From contig CAKKQC010000010.1 in assembly GCA_919901855.1 (NCBI GenBank), forward strand, positions 43,214 to 107,213: a stretch of DNA of 64,000 nt. Direction: 5' to 3'. Positions 9,641-19,173 of the stretch are shown one piece after another. Origin of the DNA: a bacterium. GTDB taxonomy: Bacteria > Oederibacteriota > CAKKQC01. Numbering within the stretch: position 1 is the first letter of the stretch; every line of letters starts with the position of its first letter. A program made the position numbers and the translations under genes. The notes beneath the pieces were generated by a model. That model was not told where the DNA came from, did no database searches, and worked only from the letters and a program-made list of their open reading frames with translations.

Positions 9641-11511
9641 GCGCCTTGTTGAAGAAACACCTCGCCTGGCTGGCGCCGGTCCTGATCGCGCTCTGGGTGG
9701 CCGGCTCATTGCGCGCGCCGAAGCGGGCCGACGGCGCGGACATCGCGGGATTCGCCGCGCTCCCGGTCCTGCACGAGGGACGGGTCAAGCCCCTGGACAC
9801 CGTGGCCCGGTCGAGCCTGCTGGCGCTGCGCGGCAAGCAGACGATTCCGGTCCGCGGCCGCACCGTTGGCGCGGCGGAGTGGCTGCTCGACATGAACGCG
9901 CGACCCGGCGTCGCCGACACCTATGAGGTCTTCGGGATCGACAGTCCGGACGTTCTCGGGGCCGCCGGGTTGGGGCCTACCGACCGGCGCCGGTTCTCGA
10001 TGAAGGAACTACAGCCCGGCCTGCCCGAGCTCGGCTCGCAGGCCGAGCAGGCGGACGCCGTGCCCGCGCGGGAGCGGAGCCGGTTCCAGGTCGCGATCCT
10101 GGGGCTCAACTCGCGGTTCATGACGTACCGGGGACTGCAGAACAGCCTGGCGCCCGGGGATACGGCGGACTACCCCGGCGAGATCGCCGCGTACGCCAAG
10201 GTGCTCGGCCCGGGCATCAAGGCGCTCCACGCGCATCGGACGGGCGCCGGGATCGACCGCAAGGCCCTGTCGGCGCTGGGCGGCTACTTCCGGCGCTACC
10301 AGTACATGGCCGAGAGCGCCCCGTTCCGGGCGCTCCCGCCCCGGGACGGGGACCCCGCGGACGCCTGGGAGAACGCGGGCGAGGGGCTGATCGAGGGGAT
10401 GCAGACGGGCGAGATCCACCCCCATGTGGCCGTGTTCGCGGGGCTGCTGGACGCGTGGAAGCGCGGTGACGCCAAGGCGTTCAACGCCGGGCTCGGGGAA
10501 TACCGGCGCTGGCTGGCCGACCACGCGCCGAAGGCGGCCCGCGCCGCGGTGGCCGAGGTCCTCTTCAACCGCGCCCAGCCCTTCTACGCCGGCATGGTCA
10601 TCTACGTCCTCGCGCTCCTGCTCGGGTTCGCGGCGTGGCTGGTATGGCCCGAGACACTCCGGCTCACGGCGTTCCGCCTCATGGCGCTCGCCTGGGGGAT
10701 TCACACGGCCGGGCTCGCGTTCCGGATCATCCTGCAGGGGCGCCCCCCGGTCACGAACCTCTACTCCTCCGCGGTCTTCGTCGGCTGGGCCTCGGTGGGG
10801 CTGGGCCTCGAGCTCGAGCGCCGGTTCCGCAACGGGCTGGGGACCGTCGTCGGGGCCCTGATCGGGTTCGTGACGCTCATCATCGCGCACCATCTCGCGG
10901 CCCAGGGCGACTCGATGGAGATGATGCGGGCGGTGCTCGACTCGAACTTCTGGCTGGCCACGCACGTGGTGACGATCACGATCGGGTACGCGGCGACCTA
11001 CCTCGCGGGCGTTCTGGCCATCGCGTACATCCTCCGGGGCACGCTGACGCGGTCGCTCGACGAGGCGCAGGCGGCGGCACTCTCGGGCATGGTGTACGGC
11101 ATCGTGGCCTTCGCCCTCTTCTTCAGCTTCATCGGGACCGTGCTGGGTGGGATCTGGGCGGACCAGTCGTGGGGCCGGTTCTGGGGCTGGGACCCGAAGG
11201 AGAACGGGGCGCTGCTCATCGTGCTCTGGATGGCCGTGATCCTGCACGCGCGGAACCGGTACGTCTCGGACCGCGTGATCATGGTCATGGCCGTCTTCGG
11301 GAACGTCATCACGAGCCTGTCCTGGTTCGGCGTGAACATGCTCGGGATCGGCCTGCACTCGTACGGGTTCATGGACCGCGCGTTCCTATGGCTCTCGGTC
11401 TTCGTCGCGTCCCAGCTCGCGGTGATGGGGCTGGGGCTCATGCCGCTCCACCGCTGGCGCTCCCGCCTCCCCGGCGAGCCGGGCCCGTCTCCGTTCCTGC
11501 CGGAGCGCTGA
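9637..11511 (+). CDS. ccsA: Cytochrome c biogenesis protein CcsA/ResC (system II)
   Basis: Tryptophan-rich WWD motif ADQSWGRFWGWDPKENGALL; polytopic; translationally coupled to resB. Confidence 0.85.
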   Translation: MSALLKKHLAWLAPVLIALWVAGSLRAPKRADGADIAGFAALPVLHEGRVKPLDTVARSSLLALRGKQTIPVRGRTVGAAEWLLDMNARPGVADTYEVFGIDSPDVLGAAGLGPTDRRRFSMKELQPGLPELGSQAEQADAVPARERSRFQVAILGLNSRFMTYRGLQNSLAPGDTADYPGEIAAYAKVLGPGIKALHAHRTGAGIDRKALSALGGYFRRYQYMAESAPFRALPPRDGDPADAWENAGEGLIEGMQTGEIHPHVAVFAGLLDAWKRGDAKAFNAGLGEYRRWLADHAPKAARAAVAEVLFNRAQPFYAGMVIYVLALLLGFAAWLVWPETLRLTAFRLMALAWGIHTAGLAFRIILQGRPPVTNLYSSAVFVGWASVGLGLELERRFRNGLGTVVGALIGFVTLIIAHHLAAQGDSMEMMRAVLDSNFWLATHVVTITIGYAATYLAGVLAIAYILRGTLTRSLDEAQAAALSGMVYGIVAFALFFSFIGTVLGGIWADQSWGRFWGWDPKENGALLIVLWMAVILHARNRYVSDRVIMVMAVFGNVITSLSWFGVNMLGIGLHSYGFMDRAFLWLSVFVASQLAVMGLGLMPLHRWRSRLPGEPGPSPFLPER

Positions 11512-11515
11512 TCCC

Positions 11516-12151
11516 GTGCCGATGCTGCTCGAGCCCGGCGACGTGGTCGTGTTCCAGGGCGACAGCATAACGGACGCCGGGCGGGACCGCGGAGTCGCGG
11601 ACTCGATGGGGTCCGGATACGCCATGATCGCCGCGGGGTGGTTCTCGGCCGCGTATCCCGACCGGTGCGTCCGGTTCATGAACCTCGGGATCAGCGGCGA
11701 CCGGGTGAAGGATCTCAAGGCGCGGTGGCAGGCCGACTGCGTCGGCCTGCGTCCGACGTGGATCTCGATCCTCGCCGGCATCAACGACGTCTGGCGGCGG
11801 TACGACTCGGACGACCCGACTCCCGTCGAGGCGTTCCGGGCGGGGTATCGCGACCTCCTGACGGCCGCGCGCGCCGCGGGGGACGCGCACGTCATCATTA
11901 TGGAGCCCTTCCTGCTTCACGCGAAGCCGGGGCAGGAGCGCTGGCGCGAGGACCTGGACCCCAAGATCGCGGCGGTCCGGGAGCTGGCGGCCGAGACGGG
12001 CGCGATCCTGATCCCGCTCGACCGGCTCTTCGCGGACGCCTGCCGGCGCCAGGATCCCGCGTTCTGGGCCGCCGACGGGGTGCACCCGACGCCCGCCGGG
12101 CACGCGCTGATCGCCCGGGCGTGGCTGGACGCGGTCGGGGGGGCTTGCTGA
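11516..12151 (+). CDS. SGNH/GDSL hydrolase family protein
   Basis: GDS block VVVFQGDSITDAG near N-terminus; C-terminal DGVHPT (catalytic Asp/His block). Confidence 0.75.
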   Translation: MPMLLEPGDVVVFQGDSITDAGRDRGVADSMGSGYAMIAAGWFSAAYPDRCVRFMNLGISGDRVKDLKARWQADCVGLRPTWISILAGINDVWRRYDSDDPTPVEAFRAGYRDLLTAARAAGDAHVIIMEPFLLHAKPGQERWREDLDPKIAAVRELAAETGAILIPLDRLFADACRRQDPAFWAADGVHPTPAGHALIARAWLDAVGGAC

Positions 12152-12966
12152 TGGCGACGATCCTGCTCCGGGCGGCCTTCGCCGGCTACCTGGGCGGGAC
12201 GCTCGCGTTCCTGGGGTACCTGGCGACGAGGCGGCACGGGCTGGCGAAGATCGGGCTGGGCCTCTCGGTGGCGGCCCTGGCGGTGCACACGGCCTCCTAC
12301 GGCACGGACTGCGCCGTGTACCGGGCGATGGTGATCGTGACCCCGCGCGGCATGTGCTCGCTGCTCGCGTTCGTGACGGCGGCGCTGACTCTCGCGATCG
12401 CCGCGCGCCACCGGCTCCTGATCCTGGGCGCGTTCATCATGCCCATCGTCGCGATCCTCGCCGGCGTCGCGGTCGCGGCTCCCGAGCCCGGGACCCCGGC
12501 GGTCGTCCTCCAGGGCCCGCTCTTTCCACTGCACGTCTGGACCACCTACCTCGGGTTCGCGGGGTTCACGGTCGCGTTCGGCGTGGCCGTGGCGTGGCTC
12601 GTGCAGGAGCGCGAGATCCGGTCGCGCCATCCCAAGCCGCTCGCGTTCGTGCTCCCGCCGTTGGACACGATCGAGCGGCTGAGCCTGTCGCTCGTGAACC
12701 ATGCGCTCCTGCTGACGGGGGCGGGCATCGTGACGGGCGTCCTGTACCTCAAGCAGACCGACGGCGTGTGGTGGGCGTGGGAGCCGAAGGCGACGGCGAC
12801 CGTTGCCTGCTGGGGAATCTACGCGGCGGTACCCGTGCTTCGCCGGACGGCGGGCTGGCGGGGCCGCCGGCTGGCGCTCCTCCTCGTCGCCGGGTTCGTA
12901 TTCGTCGTCTTCATCTTTGGTGGCCTCAGCCACCTGCCCGGGCCGCTCAAGCCGGGTCCGCGCTAG
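12151..12966 (+). CDS. Cytochrome c assembly family membrane protein (HemX-like, CcsA family)
   Basis: Polytopic membrane protein with WAWEPKATAT region; TGATG overlap with upstream gene; position immediately upstream of hemA as in hemAXCDB operons. Confidence 0.6.
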   Translation: MATILLRAAFAGYLGGTLAFLGYLATRRHGLAKIGLGLSVAALAVHTASYGTDCAVYRAMVIVTPRGMCSLLAFVTAALTLAIAARHRLLILGAFIMPIVAILAGVAVAAPEPGTPAVVLQGPLFPLHVWTTYLGFAGFTVAFGVAVAWLVQEREIRSRHPKPLAFVLPPLDTIERLSLSLVNHALLLTGAGIVTGVLYLKQTDGVWWAWEPKATATVACWGIYAAVPVLRRTAGWRGRRLALLLVAGFVFVVFIFGGLSHLPGPLKPGPR

Positions 12967-12976
12967 CCCTCCAGCC

Positions 12977-14269
12977 ATGGGCCTGCTGTGCCTGGGCCTG
13001 TCGCATCGCACGGCGCCGCTCGCCGTGCGGGAACGCCTGGCGTTATCCCGGGACGAGATCGCGGAGGCGGCGGCCATGGTCCGGCGCCTCTCCGGCATCG
13101 ACGAGGCCGTGGTGGTGTCCACCTGCAACCGGATCGAGCTCTACATCGCCGGGGCCGGCCGCGCGGCCGGGCCGGCCGAGCCGCCCGGGGTGGCGTGGCG
13201 CCGCACCGTCGGCGCGGTCGTCCGGCTCCTCGCCAAGGCTCGCCGGGTGCCGGCGGGCGTCCTCGCCCGGTCGTCGTACGTGCACGCGGACCTCGACGCC
13301 GTGCGCCACCTGATCGAGGTCGCGGCCGGCCTCGACTCCCAGGTCGTGGGGGAGGCCCAGATCCTGCCCCAGGTGCGCCGCGCCCACGAGGCCTCGTTGC
13401 GCGCGGGCGCGACGGGCCCGGTCCTGAACGGCGTCTTCAACCGGGCCCTGGCCGCCGCCAAGCGCGTTCGCACCGAGACCGAGATCGGACGGCTGCCGGC
13501 GTCCGTGAGCTCGGTCGCCGTGGACCTCGCGGAACGGATCTTCGGCGAGCTGGCCGGGCGCACGGTGCTCCTGATCGGGACCGGCGAGACGGCGGAGCTC
13601 GTGGCCGAGAACCTGGTCGGGGACAGCGATCTCATGGTCCTGGTGGCGAGCGAGCGGCACCACGAGGCCGCCCGGCGAATCGCGCACCGGTTCGGGGGCG
13701 AGGCCATCGAGCTCGCGGCGGTGCCGGCTGCGCTGGCCCGCGTGGACATCGTGATCGCGGCCACGGCGGTCAAGGAACCGGTTATCCTCCGGGCCCACCT
13801 CGCCGCGGCCATGGCGCACCGCAAGGCGCGCCCCATCTTCCTCGTCGACCTCGGCGTCCCGCGCAACATCGAGGCGGGCGCCGGCGACGTGGCCGGCGTC
13901 TACCTCTACGATCTCGACGACCTCAAGGGGGTGGCGGACGGCAACCTGAAGCGCCGGGAGGAATGGATCGCGCCCGCGCGCCGCATCGCGGAGGCGGAAG
14001 TGGCGGCGACCGGAGCGTGGCTCGCCACCCTCGAGGTCGTCCCCGTCATCCGCGACCTCGAGCGGTTCGGCGAGGCCTGCCGGCAGGCCGTGCTGGCGCG
14101 CGCCGGCCGGCGCGTGCGCGACCTGCCGCCGGAGACGCGGGAGGAGGTCGAGTACCTGACGAAGGCGCTGGTGGCCAAGCTGCTGCACCCGCCGATCCGC
14201 AACCTCAAGGACCTGCCCGGTCCGGGGCGGTACGCCGACCTCGTGCGCCGGCTCTTCGGATTCCAGTGA
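12977..14269 (+). CDS. hemA: Glutamyl-tRNA reductase
   Basis: N-terminus MGLLCLGLSHRTAPLAVRERL...VVVSTCNRIELY is the HemA signature. Confidence 0.9.
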   Translation: MGLLCLGLSHRTAPLAVRERLALSRDEIAEAAAMVRRLSGIDEAVVVSTCNRIELYIAGAGRAAGPAEPPGVAWRRTVGAVVRLLAKARRVPAGVLARSSYVHADLDAVRHLIEVAAGLDSQVVGEAQILPQVRRAHEASLRAGATGPVLNGVFNRALAAAKRVRTETEIGRLPASVSSVAVDLAERIFGELAGRTVLLIGTGETAELVAENLVGDSDLMVLVASERHHEAARRIAHRFGGEAIELAAVPAALARVDIVIAATAVKEPVILRAHLAAAMAHRKARPIFLVDLGVPRNIEAGAGDVAGVYLYDLDDLKGVADGNLKRREEWIAPARRIAEAEVAATGAWLATLEVVPVIRDLERFGEACRQAVLARAGRRVRDLPPETREEVEYLTKALVAKLLHPPIRNLKDLPGPGRYADLVRRLFGFQ

Positions 14270-15198
14270 TCGCCGCGCCGTTGCGGCTCGGCACGCGGGG
14301 GAGCCCGCTCGCGCTCGCGCAGGCGACGCTCGTGGAACGCACCCTCGCGGCCGCGCACCCCGGCCTAGTCGTGGAGCGGATCGTGATCAGGACGACCGGG
14401 GACCGGGCCCCGCAGACGGGGTCATTGGAAACAGGCGGGCCGATGCCGGGCAAGGGCGTCTTCGTGAAGGAGATCCAGGAGGCCCTGCTCGCGCAGGTCG
14501 TGGACGTCGCCGTCCACAGCCTCAAGGACCTGCCCGTCGAGCCCGTGCCCGGCCTCACTCTCGCCGCGGTCCTGCCCCGCGAGGACGTGCGCGACGCGTT
14601 CTGTTCCCGGGACGGCCGGACGCTGGACGAGCTGGAGCCGGGCGCGCGGGTGGCGACCGGGAGCCTGCGGCGCGAGACCCAGCTCCGCCGGGCCTACCCG
14701 CACTTCGCGTTCGTCCCCATTCGCGGCAACGTGGACACGCGGCTGCGCAAGGTTCGCGAGGGCCAGGCTGAAGGCACGATCCTGGCGCGCGCCGGGCTCG
14801 TGCGGCTCGGGCTGGAGGCGGCGGTTACGGAGCTGATCCCGGCTGCCGTGTGCCTGCCCGCGCCGGGCCAAGGCGCGATCGGGTGCGAGGTGCGGAGCGA
14901 CGACCGGGTCACGGGCGATGTCATCCGCTGCCTCGACCATCCGGCGACCATGACCGCGGTCGTCGCCGAGCGCGCGTTCCTGCGGCGGCTCGGCGGCGGC
15001 TGCCGGACGCCGATCGCGGCCTGGGGACAGCCGGAGCCCAAGGGGACGATCACGCTCCACGGGTTCGTCGGGAACCCGCGGGGACCCGAGTTCCTCGCCT
15101 CGTCGGTGACCGGACCCGCGACCGGGGCGGAGGCGCTGGGCACGAGGCTGGCCGAGCGTTTCCTCGCCGAGGGCGCTGCCGCGTTCCTGACGGAATGA
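14266..15198 (+). CDS. hemC: Hydroxymethylbilane synthase (porphobilinogen deaminase)
   Basis: GTG start overlapping hemA stop; LRLGTRGSPLALAQA N-terminus; GGGCRTPIAA cofactor-binding region. Confidence 0.9.
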   Translation: MIAAPLRLGTRGSPLALAQATLVERTLAAAHPGLVVERIVIRTTGDRAPQTGSLETGGPMPGKGVFVKEIQEALLAQVVDVAVHSLKDLPVEPVPGLTLAAVLPREDVRDAFCSRDGRTLDELEPGARVATGSLRRETQLRRAYPHFAFVPIRGNVDTRLRKVREGQAEGTILARAGLVRLGLEAAVTELIPAAVCLPAPGQGAIGCEVRSDDRVTGDVIRCLDHPATMTAVVAERAFLRRLGGGCRTPIAAWGQPEPKGTITLHGFVGNPRGPEFLASSVTGPATGAEALGTRLAERFLAEGAAAFLTE

Positions 15199-15986
15199 CC
15201 CGGCCGCCGCTGGCCGGCGTGCGCGTGGTCACCACGCGGGAAGGGCCCGCGGATCCGGTGCTGGCTCGTCACCTTCGGCTGGTCGGAGCCCGCGTGATCG
15301 GCTGCCCGGCGATCCGGCTGGAACGGATTACCCGCCCGCGAGGCGCGGTCGCCGTCGTGCGGCGGTGGCCGGCGTTCGACTGGATCGTCTTCACGAGCGC
15401 CGCCGCCGTCCGTGACTGGAACCGGTTCCGCCGGGCGAGAAGGCTGGGTCCGCGGGGACCGCGGGCCGCCGCGGTGGGACGCGAGACCGCGCGCGCGATC
15501 CGGAACGTCCTCGGCCTCCGCGTGGCCGCCATGCCGAAGAGGTTCTCGGGGGACGCGCTGGCCGGCGCGCTCGGCCCGGTCCGCGGCCTCAGGATCCTGA
15601 TCCCGCGCGCCCTCGTGGCCCGCGAAGCCCTGCCGCGCGAGTTGAGGCGGCGGGGGGCCACGGTCACGATCCTCCCGCTCTACCGGACCCGTCCCGACGC
15701 GCAAGGGCTTCTGGCCCTCCGCCGCCTCGTCCTGGCCGGCCGCGCCGACTGGGTGGCGTTCGCGAGCCCGTCGGCCGCGGCGTCCGTCTTCGGCGCCCTG
15801 GGCGTGGCGGGGCGCCGGGCTTTCCGGGCGCGCGTCCGGGCCGCCTCGATCGGCCCCACCACGTCGGCGGCGCTTCGCCGCCGGGGGCTGCCCCCGGCGG
15901 CGGAAGCGGCGACATCGACCATGGCCGGCCTCGCGAGGGCGATCCTGCGGTACCATCGGAGGAGACATGTCACCCCGGCTCGCTGA
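15195..15986 (+). CDS. hemD: Uroporphyrinogen-III synthase
   Basis: ATGA overlap with hemC; ~263 aa; position between hemC and hemB; HemD-like fold pattern. Confidence 0.75.
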   Translation: MTRPPLAGVRVVTTREGPADPVLARHLRLVGARVIGCPAIRLERITRPRGAVAVVRRWPAFDWIVFTSAAAVRDWNRFRRARRLGPRGPRAAAVGRETARAIRNVLGLRVAAMPKRFSGDALAGALGPVRGLRILIPRALVAREALPRELRRRGATVTILPLYRTRPDAQGLLALRRLVLAGRADWVAFASPSAAASVFGALGVAGRRAFRARVRAASIGPTTSAALRRRGLPPAAEAATSTMAGLARAILRYHRRRHVTPAR

Positions 15987-16953
15987 TCTCCGTGTCCGCC
16001 CGCGGCGCCTGCGCCGTTCCGAGGCCCGCCGCCGGCTGGTCCGCGAGACCGTCCTCACTCCGGACGATCTCGTCATGCCGTACTTCGTCATCCCCGGCCG
16101 CCGGCGCCGGGAGCCGGTTCCGTCGATGCCCGGCGTCGAGCGGCTCACGGTGGACGAACTAGTCCGCGAGGCCGCGGCGCTGTTCCGGCTCGGGGTGCCC
16201 GGCGTCATCCTGTTCGGCCTGCCGTCCCGCAAGGATGCGACCGGCAGCGAGGCGTGGTCCGGTTCCGGCGCCGTTCAGCAGGGCGTCCGGGCGCTCAAGC
16301 GGGCCGTGCCGGATCTCGTCGTCATGACCGACGTTTGCCTGTGCGAGTACACCCACCACGGCCACTGCGGCGTGTTCCACGGCGGCGAGGTGGACAACGA
16401 CGCGACCCTGCCCCTGCTGGCAAAAGCCGCTCTGTCGCACGCCCGCGCGGGAGCGGATCTCGTGGCGCCGTCGGACATGATGGACGGGCGCGTGCGCGCG
16501 ATCCGGCGGGCGCTGGACCGGGCCGGATTCGCGCGGACCGGCATCCTCGCCTACGCGGCCAAGTACGCGTCCGGTTTCTACGGGCCCTTCCGCGAGGCCG
16601 CGGGGTCCACGCCGCGCTCCGGGGACCGGCGGGGCTACCAAATGGACCCGCCCAACGCGCGCGAGGCGATGCGCGAGATCGCCCTCGATCTCGAGGAGGG
16701 GGCGGACGCGGTCATGGTGAAACCCGCGCTCGCGTACATGGACGTGATCCGGATGGCGCGGGAACGGTTCGATGCGCCGCTCGCCGCCTACAACGTGAGC
16801 GGTGAGTACGCGATGGTGAAGGCCGCCGCCGCGCGGGGGTGGCTGGACGAGCGCCGGGTGGTCCTCGAGATCCTGACGGGGCTGAAGCGCGCCGGGGCCG
16901 ACTTCATCCTCACTTACCACGCGAAGGACGCGGCACGGTGGCTGCGCGGGTGA
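15967..16953 (+). CDS. hemB: Porphobilinogen synthase (delta-aminolevulinate dehydratase)
   Basis: RPRRLRRS...MPYFV N-terminus and [17 protein letters not shown] metal site. Confidence 0.9.
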   Translation: MSPRLADLRVRPRRLRRSEARRRLVRETVLTPDDLVMPYFVIPGRRRREPVPSMPGVERLTVDELVREAAALFRLGVPGVILFGLPSRKDATGSEAWSGSGAVQQGVRALKRAVPDLVVMTDVCLCEYTHHGHCGVFHGGEVDNDATLPLLAKAALSHARAGADLVAPSDMMDGRVRAIRRALDRAGFARTGILAYAAKYASGFYGPFREAAGSTPRSGDRRGYQMDPPNAREAMREIALDLEEGADAVMVKPALAYMDVIRMARERFDAPLAAYNVSGEYAMVKAAAARGWLDERRVVLEILTGLKRAGADFILTYHAKDAARWLRG

Positions 16954-17618
16954 CGGCGAAGCGGCGTGGATTCGCCGTGCGATACACCGATGCGGTCCAG
17001 CGGCGCCGGGACGAGTTGTGTTTCGGCGTCTGGGGGATCGGATTCCTCGTCGCCTGGGTCCGGATCTGGCGTGACCCCGATCCCGTGGGCGTATGGGATC
17101 GGTTCCCGCGTCTCTTCGCGGGGGAGTGGCGTCCCGAAACCCCGGTGGCCTGGATCTGCCTGCTGGCCGGCGTGGGATTCCGCGTCTGGGCGGCGGGGAA
17201 CCTCGAGAAGAACCGGTTCGACCGGCCCAAAGGTCCGTACCGGATGGTCCGCCACCCCTTGTACCTAGGCACCCTCCTCGTCTCGCTGGCGTTCTTTCTC
17301 TCCATCGGCCTGCCCGTGACCGGGCTCCTGCTCTGGGTCGGCCTACTCGCCGGCGTCTTCCTGCCCGTGCTCCGCAAGGAAGAGCGCGAACTGGCGGGCT
17401 GGTTTCCCGGCCCGTACGGACGGTACCGACAGTTGGTGCCGGCGCTGGTCCCCGACCCGCGCGCGGTGCCCGCGGCCCTGGCGTCCGACGTCTTCACGCT
17501 CGAGCGGGCGCGGCGGAACTTCGGACTGCGGGCGCTCTGGTTCCTTCTTCTGGTCCCCGCGCTCAACGTGGGACTGGAATGCTGGATCTGGTACCGATGG
17601 CACTACCCCGCGGCCTGA
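16950..17618 (+). CDS. Isoprenylcysteine carboxyl methyltransferase-like (ICMT/PEMT family) membrane methyltransferase
   Basis: GTG overlapping hemB stop; [13 protein letters not shown] motif; hydrophobic helices. Confidence 0.6.
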   Translation: MTAKRRGFAVRYTDAVQRRRDELCFGVWGIGFLVAWVRIWRDPDPVGVWDRFPRLFAGEWRPETPVAWICLLAGVGFRVWAAGNLEKNRFDRPKGPYRMVRHPLYLGTLLVSLAFFLSIGLPVTGLLLWVGLLAGVFLPVLRKEERELAGWFPGPYGRYRQLVPALVPDPRAVPAALASDVFTLERARRNFGLRALWFLLLVPALNVGLECWIWYRWHYPAA

Positions 17619-18640
17619 CATATGCCGTCCTGCTGACGGCTGTCCTCGCCACCGGGTGCAGTGGGATGCGGACGTATCCGAACGGGATCAACCACTGCTA
17701 CCTGTGCGCGGTCAAGATCGCGCGGCTGAACGGCTACCAGATCCGGGAGCAGGACTTTCACCCCAAGGCGGGCGACCTCGTCGCGGCCCGCAGCGTCCCG
17801 GACCCCAAGGAGACGAAGGTCTCGCGCGGCTTCTTCCGGAGGGCCTGGGAGGTTCTGTGGAACCTCTGGGAGCACGGCAAGTTCGAGCTCTGGGACGAGG
17901 ACCTCGCGGCGGCCCGGGTGAAGACCGAGGAGCGGTTCACGGTGTCGTTCACGTCGCGCGTGAGCGGGCCGCTCGGCTGGCTGGGCGTGAGCCGTCCCCG
18001 CGAGACCCGGATCAAGGTCGAACTGGACGTCTCGGACTACGGCCGCGAGGACTGGGTGATGGCCCGGAAGAAGCTGAAACCCGCCGACCACGAGCGCGTG
18101 TACAAGGAGATCAAGGACTGCCTCGCCTATGCCAGCCCCACGGCCTATCTCACGGCCACCAAGAAGGCTCGGGTCGCAGTCGAGACGGCTGCGTCACAGC
18201 CGACGGCCGTCTCAGCAGCCCTGGCGCAGCCGACGGCGCAGCCAGTCGCCGGGACTCCGCAGGCCTCCGCTATCGGGGCAACCACCACAGTCGAGTCGGC
18301 GGCGTCTCCGTCATCGGCGACCGCGGCAGAGTCGTCGACTCCGAAGCCCCCGACGGCAACCTCGATGTCGGCCGAGGCGATCGCGTCACTGCTGAGCCGG
18401 GGCCGGGGGAGCTACGACGCGGGGAAGTACGAAGAGGCGATCCCCCTTCTGGAGCAGGTGATCGCGGCGGATCCCGAGAGCGCGGAGGCGTTCGGGTATC
18501 TCGGCGCCGCCTACTACCAGCGCAAGCGGCTGGACGACGCGATCCGGGCCTACGAGGTCTACGTCAAACTCGTGCCGTCGGACACCCGCACGCAGGCGTT
18601 CCTCGGGGAGATCCGGAAGGAAAAGTCCCAGCCTAGGTGA
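17597..18640 (+). CDS. Putative lipoprotein with C-terminal TPR-like repeats
   Basis: Signal peptide ending in a lipobox-like LATGC; Ala/Thr/Pro-rich linker; C-terminal TPR-like helices (YEEAIPLLEQVIAADPESAEAFGYLGAAYY). Confidence 0.5.
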   Translation: MALPRGLTYAVLLTAVLATGCSGMRTYPNGINHCYLCAVKIARLNGYQIREQDFHPKAGDLVAARSVPDPKETKVSRGFFRRAWEVLWNLWEHGKFELWDEDLAAARVKTEERFTVSFTSRVSGPLGWLGVSRPRETRIKVELDVSDYGREDWVMARKKLKPADHERVYKEIKDCLAYASPTAYLTATKKARVAVETAASQPTAVSAALAQPTAQPVAGTPQASAIGATTTVESAASPSSATAAESSTPKPPTATSMSAEAIASLLSRGRGSYDAGKYEEAIPLLEQVIAADPESAEAFGYLGAAYYQRKRLDDAIRAYEVYVKLVPSDTRTQAFLGEIRKEKSQPR

Positions 18641-19046
18641 GGGGGGTCGGGCTGGTCTTCTTCGCGTAACCGACGAGGGATTCGATGTCCTCCCCGGTGC
18701 GGTCCCGGAAGGCGACGCCGGCGAGGAACCGGCCCAGGTTCTCCATGGCGTTGTGCCGCATCCACTGGATCTGGCCCTCGAACCGGAGTTCCGCCTGGGT
18801 CTCGGGATGGCGGAAGGCGAGCCGCAGAACGTCCCCGTCGCTGACCTCGCTGTCGAACGCGATCAGGAATCCGCCCCGGCTGATGTTCAGGGTCTCGATC
18901 CGAAACCGGTCCTGGCCCCGCAGGGCGGGGTCTCCGGAGGCCTGCTCGCGCGAGCGCCGGTAGAGGGGTTCCGCGGTTCCGATCACGTGCAGGGAATATC
19001 GGGCGTCATTCCGTCGTTCCGCATAGGAGGAATCGGTGTCGGGCAT
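18633..19046 (-). CDS. PilZ domain protein (putative c-di-GMP receptor)
   Basis: RRNDARY (RxxxR) followed by NISRGGFLI (D/NxSxGG) motifs. Confidence 0.7.
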   Translation of the reverse strand: MPDTDSSYAERRNDARYSLHVIGTAEPLYRRSREQASGDPALRGQDRFRIETLNISRGGFLIAFDSEVSDGDVLRLAFRHPETQAELRFEGQIQWMRHNAMENLGRFLAGVAFRDRTGEDIESLVGYAKKTSPTPLT

Positions 19047-19088
19047 GTGTTACCTGTCACATCTTACCCCAGCCGGACCGCTCTATCC

Positions 19089-19125
19089 TTGACAGGCGGC
19101 CCGGGGGGGACGAAGATAGACCCGG
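19089..19125 (+). promoter_or_regulatory. Candidate promoter region upstream of the 19174 operon (perfect TTGACA -35 hexamer)
   Basis: TTGACA at 19089-19094 in a GC-rich intergenic region shared with divergent PilZ gene; -10 element not clear. Confidence 0.25.
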
Positions 19126-19173
19126 GAACAGGATCGCCGTGCGGAGAGTTGCTTGTACGGGAGGAGAACATAC

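Noticed and set aside
14694-16232. 512-aa minus-strand ORF antisense to hemC, hemD and hemB
   Set aside because: The plus-strand frames carry unmistakable HemC/HemD/HemB signatures; the antisense translation is Arg/Pro-rich low complexity.
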